A program made the translations under genes and the position numbers. Of a DNA stretch of 64,000 bases, positions 32,259 through 52,951 are shown in pieces. Origin of the DNA: Salpingoeca rosetta (Eukaryota > Protista > Choanoflagellata); the NCBI GenBank assembly GCA_033442325.1, contig JAWQFM010000007.1:892719-956718 (forward strand), read 5' to 3'. Numbering within the stretch: the first letter of the stretch is position 1; every line of letters starts with the position of its first letter. The notes under the pieces are model-generated. The model had not been told where the DNA came from. It saw nothing but the letters and a program-made list of their open reading frames with translations, and made no database searches.

Positions 32259-33213
32259 ATGCCTGGACTCACGTCTGTCGGTGCGTTCAGTTGTTCCAGT
32301 GTGTGTGTGTGTGTTTGTGTGTTTGTGACGATCGTGTGTTGTGTGTGTGTTTGGTGGAAAGGGTGTTGGGACACAGACACACAGAAACACAGAAACACAC
32401 ACACACACACACACGCACACACGCACACACACACAGATTCACACACATACATAGATACACACATATACACACACACGCACGCACACATAGATACACACAC
32501 ATACACACATATACACGCACATACACACTCTTTTGTTTGCTTCCCTCTCAATCACACACCCATTCGCCCATTTGCGCCGCCATGCCCTTTGCTCACGTTT
32601 TCGCACCATCCTCATCCCAATCGGATGAACAGGCGGCGTGCTGGCGCTGCTGGATGAACCAGAGACAGAACTCAAGGTGTGTGTTCCTGGCCGTAGTTGT
32701 GGTGGCGGTAGTGGGTGGTGGTGATGGTCTGCATGCCGTTTCCCCCCTCCCCGCCCCACTTGCAGTCAATGTCCACGCCTTGTGTGTTCCTGCCACCGCT
32801 TCCGCTTCCTCCTGCTTGTTCCTCTGTGTGTGGTCTGCCCTCATAACCGCCCGCCATTTCTTGTCGTGTTTCTTCAACACGGCACTTTGCAGGTGTTTGC
32901 CATCAACAAGCTCCTGGCTCTGGTGGACAACTTCTGGCCCGAGATTGCCAACGTCATCAACAAAATGTGCGCAGCACAGTGACACCGCAATATCACACAC
33001 GCACTCGCACTCGCACACACACACACACATATACAACATCCAAGGGAACGTGGACAAGTGACCTTTGTTTGCTCGACAGTGTGCTTGTGTCGAAACCTCC
33101 TCGCTTTCCCTGTCCAAACAGTACTTGACACCCGTCCCGTCCCTCCCCCCTTCCTCAAATCTCACCAAATGCTCACCCACCGTTTACGTGTGCTTGTGTG
33201 TGTGCTTGTGTGC

Positions 33214-33275
<62 letters not shown>

Positions 33276-33892
33276 CTAGTGAGGAGCTGTTTGAGGACAA
33301 GGCGTTCCCTGAGCGCACACAGGCCGCTCTGCTGGCATCGCAGGTGTACTACCACCTTGGCGAACTGGACGATGCCTTGCACTTTGCCCTCTTGGCCGAA
33401 AACGCCTTCAACGTCGAGGACACATCCCTCTTTGTCACCACCATCACAGGTATGCGCTGGTGCATGTGTGCGCACGTGTCTGTACGTGGTGTGTGTGTGT
33501 GTGTGTCTGCGTGCTTGGTGCTGTGTCTCTGCCGTCTGTGTATGGATTCGCTCGTATTGGTGTGTTGTCTCGTGTTCGTCTGCTCTCTCGTAGTCCGTTG
33601 TGAGAACCTGCTGCATTCGAGCACGACAGGTGTGCCTTGAGAGCACGACACATTTCCCTTGCCCAATCCACACTCGTCGCTGCGTACACCATCCATTCGT
33701 CCATTCATGCACTCAATCTCACCTCCTCCACCACGACTTGTTGGTGTTGCTGTTGTCCTCGCGTGCCAGGGTGGGCCATGGACACATATGTGGCGAAGCG
33801 GCAGGCGACGCCACCGGCTGACATTGACCCCGCCCTGGAGACTATGGCAAACCGCATGCTCAACCGCTGCCTTATCGACAAGCAGTTCCAGC

Positions 33893-33946
<54 letters not shown>

Positions 33947-35074
33947 ATGTAACACAACGGCACCAAGCACCCGCAATACCTGTCCCTTTGCGTGCGTGTG
34001 TGTGTGCGTGCGTGCGTACACACTATAAACTTGCCTGCTGGCCATAAGCATTCATTCATCTCAACCCTCCCCCAACGCCCTCACTTGCTCAACCCCCCCC
34101 CCTCTTCTCCACGTGTGCACAGGCCATTGGGCTTGCACTGGAGGCGCGCCGCCTGGACATTGTGGAGCAGGCGCTCGACCAGTGCGACAACAAGACGGAG
34201 ATGCTTGCGTACACATATGACGTTGCCATGCGCCACATCCCGATCCGCACCTTCCGCGACGACGTGCTTGCCCTGCTGGCCGACGCCTACAAGAAGCACG
34301 CCGGTCAAGACGTTGTCAACCACCTGCAGTGCCTCGTTGCCGTCGAAAACACGGCAGCCATCACCGCCCTCCTCACCCAACTCATCGCTGACGATGTGCG
34401 TGCCCCTGGCTGTGCGAATTTGCATTACGTGCTTGCTTGACCGACGGCGGACGAGAACACACATGCAATCACGCTCCACGTCGTCTAAATGCCACCTCGC
34501 GTAGTACCACTTTTTGCTCCTGTTCGCGTCCTCCCTCGTCAAACCCCCGCCCCCGCGCCAAATTTCAAAACTGCTCACATCATCTCCTCATCCCTCCACG
34601 CACCCGCACACTCACGCACACGCATGTTTATGCAGAAGCTGATGGCGTACCAGCTGACGTTCCACCTTGAGCAGATGGCGAGTCAGCACTTGCAGCAGCA
34701 GATTATGGCCGCCATCGATGCGGCCACCCAGCAGGAGGGCAACGACAACGCCCCAATCCCCGGTGAGATATGCGCCTTTCTTTGCATGTTGTGCGTTTGT
34801 TTGTTCGTCGTGCGTGTGTGTGTGTCTGTGTGTCTGTGTGTGTGTATCCGTGTGTGTGTGTGTGTGTGTGTGTGTCCGTATTTCTGTGCGTGTGTGTGTG
34901 TGTGTGTGTCTGTCTATCTGTCTGTCTGTCTGTCTGTCCATGTTTGCGCGGGCGGACGTGTTGCCTGCTACAACACGCCAACATCACACGTGTCCCTTGC
35001 GTCTTGTCCACCACATCCACTCTCCTCTCACACCTGTACTGTTCCTCTGTGCGCTACAACCTCGTCTGCGCTAT

Positions 35075-35121
<47 letters not shown>

Positions 35122-36051
35122 ACCCTCCTACTCCTCAGGTTATAAGGATTGTAGATAAACAGCCTTGTCATACGACAGCACTTCCACCACTCTAGGTAGA
35201 ACACTAGTGTTTGTCTTGCTTAAGAGAAGGATTCAGCTGAGACACACACACACACACACACCCTCCATCTCTCCGTCCACCGCCCCGTCCACCATCGCGC
35301 GCCTCGGCTCTGACAGCTGCAGAGGCGAAGCGGCTGAAGGAGATTCTCAGCGGCGAAATTTCCCGCCCGCTCTTTGTCGAGTTTATGGGCAGAAACAACA
35401 AAACCGACACGCTCATCCTCGAGAAGACAAAGGTGCGCGCCCTAGGTGAAGCAAACCGACACGGGGGGGGGGGGGGATGGTGTTGTGTTGGCTGCGCTCT
35501 GTCTTTCCATCTTGTTTCATTTGCCTGTCATTCGCTCTCTGACAGCTTCAAACGAAACGGCTGAGAGCAGTGCATACTTTACCACAAAACAAGCAAATGC
35601 CATGTCAGCACGCATGCTTGCCTTCACATCCACCCCACCCCTCCCCCCTTTCTTACTTGCCAATCGCACGTGCGCGCCTGCGGCGGCCTTGCAGAAGAGC
35701 ATCCAGGGCCTGTCGTCCGTGCTCGACAACGGGCTTGTGCTGTCGCACAGCGTCATGTCTGCGGGCACCACCTCGGACAAGTTCCTTCGGGAGAACCAGC
35801 AGTTTCTTGGCCGCTTCACCAACTGGGCCAAGTTGACGACGGTGGCGAGTCTTGGCGTCATCCACAAGGACCACACCTCTGCCGCCAAGAAGGTGCTGCA
35901 GCCATACCTTCCCTCCGAGAACAGCACCAACGAATACGAAAACGGCGGCGGCCTCTACGCTCTCGGTGCGGTACAGTGGCGGTGCTGGCGATGGCGATGG
36001 TGGTTGTGTGTGTGCGTGTTTGCGCTTGTGTGTGTGTTTGCGCTTGTGTGC

Positions 36052-36082
<31 letters not shown>

Positions 36083-38273
36083 CGTGTGCGTGTGTGTGTG
36101 TGTGCACCCCTTGTTGTGGCATCGCTCGGTCACCTTCGACTATCACGGCTATGCTTTGGCGATATATATGTATGGTCACAACCACTCACCATCGACCGAC
36201 ACTCACCCCGCTTCTCCAAACCCACGTCATCCAACCCCACACCGCTTGCAGGGTTGATCTATGCGAACAACGGCGCGTCGCAGGTTGACTATCTTGTGGA
36301 ACAACTCAAGACAGCGTCCACGGAGCCCGTGCAGCACGGCGCTGCGCTGGGCCTTGGCCTCGCCGCCATGGGCCTGGCCCGCGAAGACGTGCACACCGAG
36401 CTCAAGAACGTCCTCTTCTCCGACAGCGCCGTCGCCGGCGAGGCATGTGGCATTGCCCTCGGCCTAAACATGCTGGGCACGCTGAACGAGGAGGCGCTGG
36501 AGACGATGATCGCCTATGCCGTGGACACACAGCACGAGAAGATTATCCGCGGCCTTGCTGTTGGCGTGTCGCTCATCCTGTACGGCCGGCGCGAGCAGGC
36601 CGACGCCCACATTGACCGCCTGGTGGGGGACAAGGACCCGATTCTTCGCACGTCCGCATGCCACTCCATGGCCATGGCTTACGCCGGCACAAACAACAAC
36701 AACATCATCCGCAGGTATGGGGTGGACCAAACTCGGGTCGACATCAGCAAGGGAGACAGAGGGAGAGACGGAGGGAGGGAAAGAGGGATGGAGGGAAACT
36801 CGCGGACATGCTATGGCGTGTGTATGTGAGCGTGCTACCATTGCACGTGCGTGTTTGTGCTGGTATGTGAGCGTACTGCGTGTAAGGTTCCTTCCTCTTC
36901 CTTGTTATCCCCCCCCTTCTCTCCCTAAATACAACCGCACCTGAGCGCATATCCACTTCAATGTTTGTTTTGGCGTGTTAAACTGCACCTTCACAATGTC
37001 TCGTCGTTAAGTTTCCAACTCCCTCCCTCTTCCCCTCCCCCCAACAATGCATGCTAACGCCCACCCACTGTCTCCTCCTCCCCCCTCCCTCTTTTCCTTC
37101 ACGCCCCATTTCTCCCCCAGGCTGCTGCACATTGCTGTGACGGATGCCAACGACGATGTGCGCCGCGCCGCTGCCACGGCCCTCGGGTTTGTTCTCATCC
37201 GCACGCCCGAGCAGCTGCCCAGCGTGGTTGCCCTCCTGTGCGAGAGCTTCAATCCGCACGTGCGCGCGGGCTGCTGCATGGCACTCGGCATTGCCTGCGC
37301 GGCCACGGGCAACAAGCAGGCCATTGAGCTGGTCGAGCCCATGATCAAGGACTCTGTGCGCTACGTGCGGCAGGCGGCGCTGATTGCCATGGCGCTCATC
37401 CTGATGCAGCAGCCAAACAGCAGCGCCAAGGCCACGTCCTTCCGCAAGTCGCTGCCGGAGATTATCGCCAACAAGCACGAGGTTGTGCTTGTCCGGTTTG
37501 GCGCCATCCTGGCACAGGGCATCCTGGAGGCTGGCGGCCGCAACGTGACCGTGCAGGCCTGCCGCGACCACGGACACATGGACGCCCCCACCATTGTCGG
37601 CCTCCTCGTCTTCACCCAGTTTTGGTTCTGGTACCCGTTTACGCACTTCCTGTCCATGGCGCTGACGCCGACCGCGCTCATCTGCCTCAACGGAGACATG
37701 CAGATGCCGCGGATTGACGTCAAGTCCAACGCGCCGCCGTCCCGCTTTGCCTACCCAACAGCAACGGCGCAGCCAAAGGAAAAGAACAAGGAGAAGGTGG
37801 CCACGGCAATCCTCTCCATCTCCAACAAGAAGAACACCCGCCGGGTGCGTTGGTTGCGCTGTGTCATGTGTTAGTTCCTGTTTCGTGTTTTGTTGTGTTT
37901 GTGCTTGTGTGCTTGTGTGCCTCAGCTTGTGGTTTGTGCTCGTGTTATGTCGCGTTGTGTCGTGTTGTTGTGTGTTGTTGTGTGAAATGCTGCTGGTGGC
38001 GGTGGTGGCGATGCTCACGGCTGCTTGTTTTGTTTGCTTGCAGAAACTTGGGTCGCTGAGCGAGATGGACCTCAAGGCGGACGAGGAGACAGCGAAGAAG
38101 GAGAAGGAAGAGAAGGAGAAGAAGGAGAAGGAGGCGGAGGAGGAGAAGAAGGAGCCAGAGCCCGAGTTTGAGCTCCTGTCCAACCCAACGCGCGTCGTCA
38201 AGGACCAGCTGCCCCTCATCTCCATTCCCAAGGAGTGCAGATACAAGCCTGTGGTGCGTGTTGCGTTGCTTCT

Positions 38274-38304
<31 letters not shown>

Positions 38305-38764
38305 TTGTCTGTCTTTCAGTCAGTCTGTCTCTGTCTTTCAGTCTGTCTGTCTCTGTCTTTCAGTCTGTCTTTCAGTCTGTCTGTGTCTGCGCATTCTCCT
38401 GCCTGCATGCATGCTTCCTCTATCCCCGCCTCCCGTCTTCCAGCACGACTTGTTGCTAACGGTCTTCACTTGCCACCACGTGGGTCATTCCGTTGTTCAC
38501 AGTCCCGCATCCACGGCCCAATTGTTGTTCTGCGCGACACGACGCCTGGCGAGGAGGAGGAGCTCATCACCATCGCCGCTGCCGGCGCCGGTCAGTTTGG
38601 TCGCGTCTTGCTTCTCCTGTACCTTGTCTTTGCTGTCCCTCAAACTAACACACACACACACACACACATGCCCTGACACACACACACACACACATGCCCT
38701 GACACACACACACACACACATATATATATGCCCTGACACACGCACACACACACACACTCACTCA

Positions 38765-38800
<36 letters not shown>

Positions 38801-38916
38801 CACTCACGCACACGTGTGCAGACGACAAGAGTGGTACGGGTTCGGGCGCAGACTCGGACGAACCTTCAATGCCACCCGCTTTCGACTTCAACGTCGAGCT
38901 GGAAGACGAGAACTGA
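32259..38916 (+). CDS. PSMD1: 26S proteasome non-ATPase regulatory subunit 1 (Rpn2)
   Basis: MPGLTSV|[15 protein letters not shown]|[16 protein letters not shown]; [12 protein letters not shown]; [12 protein letters not shown]; [27 protein letters not shown]; [10 protein letters not shown]; [13 protein letters not shown]; [18 protein letters not shown]; FTQFWFWYP; [10 protein letters not shown]; [15 protein letters not shown]. Confidence 0.98.
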
Positions 38917-40301
38917 GCACCACGGCCTCTGCCTGTTTTGGTGGCTGCGAACCACACACCAGCAATTCCGTGTGCGTGTTACGTGACAGCGCAACAGGAT
39001 TCGTCATGTGTGGGCGGTGCGACCTGTGTGTGTTTCTGTGGGTAACCTTGCGTGTGTTTTTGGGTTGTGCCACGTCAATCCCCGGCTGCTTCTTGCTCGT
39101 TTGTTTGTCTGTTTGCTGAGAATACAAAACACCATGTGGATGCGACAGCCTGAAGCTCAACACTTGCACAGTGAATCACTACTGGTTCTACGAGAGGGCA
39201 TGTAATGGCGGCTGATGGTGGTCACACACACACATACACACACACACACACAGAATGTCCAATCACACAATAAGAGCGCACATGCGTCAACGTACACACC
39301 ACACCCTCAGTTGCACGGCACGCGGCACGTTTGCATGGTGCATATTCAGCAACAGAGGCACTCCCCCCCCTCCTTCCCCAATCACACACACACCAGGAAG
39401 CAAACAAAAATGAAAACAAGCACGAACCACGAAAAGAGGCACATCCCTGTGCCGCAAAACCATGATTGGCATTGGGGCGCACACGCACACGCACACGCAC
39501 AGCTCAACGCAGGCTGAAGACAGTGCTGACGTGAGCACGACTACAAACAACAATCACCAATGCACCAGCGACAAACAATTTAAGCTCCAGCTGAACCAAC
39601 AACACCAATGACAGCAGCCGCTAAAACGAAACACTGAAGGGTGGGTCGGTCAATCAATCATAAAAGCACAAACAAGAGCGAAGCAAGAATGAACCAAATT
39701 GCATGCAAGCAGCCTCGCGACAACAAGCAAAACAAAAAATAACAACAAGGGTTGTCCAATCGGTAACACCGCAACACGGCTGTCTGTCTCCACCTTCGTC
39801 TTCAGCCGCGCCAGTCTGCAGGGTTGTCTGTCTGTCTGTCTGTATCTGCGCAACTATCACCTCAACAAGCTCCATGACAGCCAGCTTCGCGATCAGCAAC
39901 ACTCGCCCATCCTTTTCGTCTCACCCAAAGCGCGCTGTCTCCGCTCTGTCACTTACTCTCTCTTCGCCGTTCCCTTTCTTGATCAACAAACGCACCCGAT
40001 CCTCGTCAGCAGCCTCTTCCCCTCAGTACTTCGCACGGCACACCACTGGTTGCCCGCCATAGGATAATATCAGCCCAAACACAAGCGCGCACGCGCTGGC
40101 CGATTCAAGTCATCATCGTCACCACTGTCCTCATCACCATCAAGCGTGTCGCCACCACCACCGTTGTCATTCTCGTCATACTTAGCATCATGCCCCCCCA
40201 CCACCCTCATCATGCGTGGCATGACCGGCACCAGCACCACACCATAATCATCACCATCTCATCACCGTAGTTCCCACCACCGTCACGCATCCACGCATCT
40301 C

Positions 40302-42419
<2,118 letters not shown>

Positions 42420-43671
42420 AGCGTGTTTCTGGTTGATCTGGTTTTGCTGACGACTTGTCTGCGCCAAAGCACCGCTTGTGGTTTCTCTTGGTTAGTGGGT
42501 GCTGGCTGCCAGCAGGTGCCTCAGGCTGACAAAGAAACAGAGGCCCAGCTCAGACAAGCTGCGAACAACTGCGGTTGGGAATGGTGGTTGGATGCGACGC
42601 TGGCAGCTCGCTCGCTCGATGGATGGCTTTTGGGGCGTGAAAGCCTGTTCCAGCGAGGAATTTGAGAGGGAGGGCGAGGGTGGGTGCTGAGGGTGTTCAC
42701 GTGTGGAGGTCGCACCGCAGATCAGAGTGTGCTGATGACAGAGCTGCTGAGGCACAACGAGCTGGAAGTGTGTGTGTGGGGGGGGGGGAGCGTGCAAAGT
42801 GTTGACGTGAGTGCTTGAATGGCCAGAACAGTCAGAACAATCAGAATCAATGTTCATGAAGCTCAAGATTGGCAAGACGACCCAACGTACCGTCAAGCCT
42901 TTTTCTTGTGTTTCTGGGTGTCAAAGAGCGCGCGCGCGAGAGCGACAGAGACAGAGACAGAGAAAGAGAGGGGCGGGAGGAGAGTGTAGTGATGTGATTT
43001 GGCCACTCTGGAAGGCGAGTAGAATGGCTGGTTGTGTGTCGTGGTCAACTGGCGCTCGCGTGCGGATCGATTGCGGCGATCTGAGCGAAGGCGAATGCCG
43101 GGGATTTGCGCTTTTTTGTGACAGGCAAACAAGAAGAAAGCAAAGCGGCGCGTGGGGTGGTGGTGATTGCGTGAGGCGGGAGGGGGGCGAGTGCGCAAGA
43201 ACGCAGCGAACGAAGCGAAGCGAGAAAGATGGTACATATCTTCTTTCAAGTATCTTTAGTGCCACAATCATGGTGAGTTTTCCCTAACCAACAAAATTTG
43301 GCTGCCAACCAACAAACAAACAGCGGAAAAGAAACGGGCGAGCGAGCGAGCGAACAAAGAGCACCTCGCTTACTTGCCCTCTTGCCCTCAAGGTGTGTGC
43401 ATATGTGTGTGTGCATGTGCATGTGCATGCGTGTGTGTGTCTCATGTACGAAGCGAGCACAAAAACCGCACCGGTTGGCACTTGCTTGCTTGCTTGCTCG
43501 CAGTGACGCTTCAATCAATCCAATGCAAGCAAAGGCCTGTTGACGTGCAACAAGGTTCACAGGCACCTCCACCACACGCAACAGTCAGCACCAACACCTT
43601 CGCTTGCTCACCGTGTGCATGTGTGTCTGTGACATGTGTGTGTTTGCGCGTATTGGTTCTTGTGCATGCAT

Positions 43672-43775
43672 GCAGCAACAGCACAAGTAGCAGCAGCACA
43701 AGTAGCAGCACAAGTAGCACAAGTAGCAGCACAAGCAGCAGCACAAGTAGCAGCACAAGCAGCAGCACAAGTAGC
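43672..43775 (+). repeat. AGCAGCACAAGT-type 9-15 bp tandem repeat directly before the EF-hand gene ATG
   Basis: Direct inspection. Confidence 0.85.
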
Positions 43776-49630
<5,855 letters not shown>

Positions 49631-49946
49631 AAATAGCCGATGATAGTTTTCCCTACGCGCAGCTTGCTGTATGCACTTGTTGATTCATTCATCATTGGTG
49701 CTCGCTGTAGTTGATGAAAGCGTCTTCACCTCGTAACCGCTCACCATGTTGTTGTGTTACATTCTTGCTTCCATTACCACACACGCATACCACTGCCACT
49801 TGTTCATTGCTGCTTTGCTGGCTGAATCCTGACCTACTTTCCCTTTCACTTTCTTTGTTGTTTGTTGCCTCATTTTGTTTGTTGTCTGCGGGGTGTGATG
49901 TGATGTGATGTGGCAGTGCTATGTGACTGACGTTGGCTGTGCCTGA

Positions 49947-50010
49947 TCTTCTCTTCTCGTCTCTTCTCGTCTCTTCTCGTCTCTTCTCGTCTCTTCTCGT
50001 CTCTTCTCGT
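49947..50010. repeat. 10-bp tandem repeat (tcttctcgtc)n
   Basis: Direct inspection. Confidence 0.9.
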
Positions 50011-50032
50011 CACACACACACACACACACACA

Positions 50033-50120
<88 letters not shown>

Positions 50121-50278
50121 GACGGAAATGTTGATCGTGATAATGCAAATTTTCTTGTGTTGATCTGGACTGTACACCCCCATATCAAATCCAAACCAAC
50201 AACCGCTGTCAAGCTAGTCGTCGCAGCGATTCAGGCACACCCACTTCCGACACAAGCACGCACTGCAACAGAGCGATC

Positions 50279-50722
50279 ATGACAGACGCCGCTGACACCA
50301 ACTACGACCACTATCACCAGCAGCGCATGCAGGTGACACCGGAGCAGGTAGTTGACAAGCTGCTTGGGCAGGAGGTGCCCAAGGCCCTGCATGAGCTCCA
50401 TTCTTCCGTTGTCAACCTGTCACAGGTGGCAGAGCATGTGGACCAGACATATGCGGCAGTGGCTGCAACACGAGACACACAGCAAGCCTTTGCGCAGGCC
50501 AAGCAGTTCACGGTGCAAGCCCTGGCCAGCGTTGCCTATCAAATCAACGCCGCGTCCACCGCCATCCTTCAAAGCATGGACGCCCAGGACGAGAATGTGC
50601 GGCTCCTCACCACAGAAGTCGCCGGCCCGCGCCGCGTACGTAGTCTTGTGTGTGTGTGTGTGTGTGTGAGTGTGTTTGTGTGTGTGCGAGTGTGTGTGTA
50701 TGCGTTGTGTATACATGTGTGT

Positions 50723-50774
<52 letters not shown>

Positions 50775-50775
50775 C

Positions 50776-50815
<40 letters not shown>

Positions 50816-52109
50816 GTGTGTGTGTGTGCGTTGTTGTGTGTGTGTGTGTTGTGTGTGTGTGTGTGTGTGTCCTCAGCGCGGATTCAAGCTGCCTCTCTCT
50901 CATCCCCCATCTCATTACAGCTGAAGTTTGAACATGCGACGTGTACTTGATGTGTGCTTCTTCTAATATGAGCGCATACTCATCCAACAACGCACAACCA
51001 CACCATATCGAACGAACCAATCAACACACAACCTGCACACTGAGCAGAAGATTCTGATGCAGGAGGAGCAGCGCGGGCGACGCGCCATCTCCGGGCTGAC
51101 AGAGCCCGTGTCGCGAAGCCGCAAACGCATCTGCGCGCCCATCGAGCTCGACATGACGCAGCCGCCCGTGTCCCGCCGCATCGACTACGACGCCCTCGAC
51201 AACTTGGGCACCGGCGTGCGCGTACAGATGGCGCGGAATGACGGCCACGCACGAACTATGGGTGGCCACCCTCCCATGCAACAGCAGCACCCTCATCAGC
51301 AACAGCAGCACATGTCATCCATGTCGGCCACAGGACGAGCTTCGCCAAACGGTCTTGATACGTCCCAGCTGTACGCCTCTGTTTCCTACGGCAACGTGTC
51401 GAGCATGCCCATGCCTGCTGTCCCGTCTGCGCCGCGCGTTGGCGGTGGCGATCCGTTGGACATCTACGACATGCCCCGCAACATTGGTGCACCAAGCATG
51501 GCGCCGCCAGTAATGCCTTTCGCTCCGCCCGCCATCCCAGCTGTGCCGGCCGTCCCGGCGCCCACCGTGCCCTCGGTGCTTTCGATGGCGCCACCACCTG
51601 GCCCACCCCAGCAGCCATCGGGCGCCACAGAGCCCGCGGAGGACAACATCTATGGCGAGCCGCTGCCCGCGTCCACGGGAGCCAGCACCACCAGCATGCC
51701 CACCATGTCGCTCCTGCCGCCTCCGCCGCCACCGCTCGCCGCAGCAGCAGCAACAACAACCGCAGGCCAGACGCTCGATGATGACATGTATGAAACAATC
51801 GACAAGGAAGACACAGCGGATTCTGACAACCTGTATGGGATGGTGCTGCCGTCCCAGGCGCTGTCACCGCCGGCACCGCCAGCAGCGGAGAAGAAGACGT
51901 TTGACCTGTCCAATCTGGAAGAGTATCCGACGGCGGTGAGCACGTTCGACTATGAAGCGGAGCGCGAAGACGAGCTCTCGTTCAAGGAGGGCGAGTACAT
52001 CACCATCCTCAAGAAGAACGACGACGGCTGGTTTGAGGGCGTCATTGGCGACCGCCACGGCCTCTTCCCGGGCAACTACTGCGAGGAAGTGCAGGAGTCA
52101 ACCACCTGA
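50279..52109 (+). CDS. ABI: Abl interactor (Abi), WAVE regulatory complex subunit, with C-terminal SH3; 2 exons (50279-50635, ~51048-52109)
   Basis: [46 protein letters not shown]; RRAISGLT; [15 protein letters not shown]; SH3 [39 protein letters not shown]. Confidence 0.93.
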
Positions 52110-52166
52110 TGCGCTTTGTGTGCTTGGTTTTGTTTGTTTGTGCGTGTGTCTGTGTTTGTCTGTGGT

Positions 52167-52230
<64 letters not shown>

Positions 52231-52530
52231 CGTGTGCGTGTGTGTATGATCATCGTGTTGATGAGGAAGGGGGAAGTGCTTTTCATGGTCTGCTGGGAAG
52301 CGGGGTGTGCTTTAATGCGGCCAATGTGTGGCCAACCAGGGTAACAGCAGGGGTGGGGCCAGTCCGGGGTTCAGTTTAACACAAAACAAAAAAGGAACCA
52401 ACGCAATTAGCTGTACAAGCCGCACGGCCATCTCTTGAGAAGACACACTACCACAGGCACAGATACACACACTCACGCTAACACACACACACAGACAGAC
52501 AGACAGACACACACACACACACACCACGGC

Positions 52531-52913
52531 TTATGCCATCGCAACAAGTACGTCATCCACACGATAGTTTGCATTGCATGTGGAAGCTTCATCCACCTGA
52601 AACACGAGTCGGGCGACGTCACCTGTGATGAGTGGCAGCACAACCCGCCGCCATGTACCGGAAGTATGCGCCACATCTCCAAACGCGGTCTCTCCGCCGC
52701 CCTTGTCACTGGTTGCGGTTGCAATGGCTGAGCCGTCGCTCGCCCGCGCCGTCTGCAAACGGAGACATTGAGATAGAGAGGTACGCCAAGGACCAAAGGA
52801 AGAGGGGGGGGGGAGGAAGGAGAGGAACTCACACGTGAGTAAGCAAGCCAGCAGGCAGGCAAGCAAGCAAGCAAGCAAACAAACAGGCAGGAAACGTTTG
52901 AGTGCTCCCCCAC

Positions 52914-52951
<38 letters not shown>

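Noticed and set aside
42822-42856. Repeated GAA triplets upstream of HSF as an autoregulatory heat-shock element
   Set aside because: Spacing is 9 bp. It fits neither inverted nGAAn pentamers nor the 10-bp step-type HSE.
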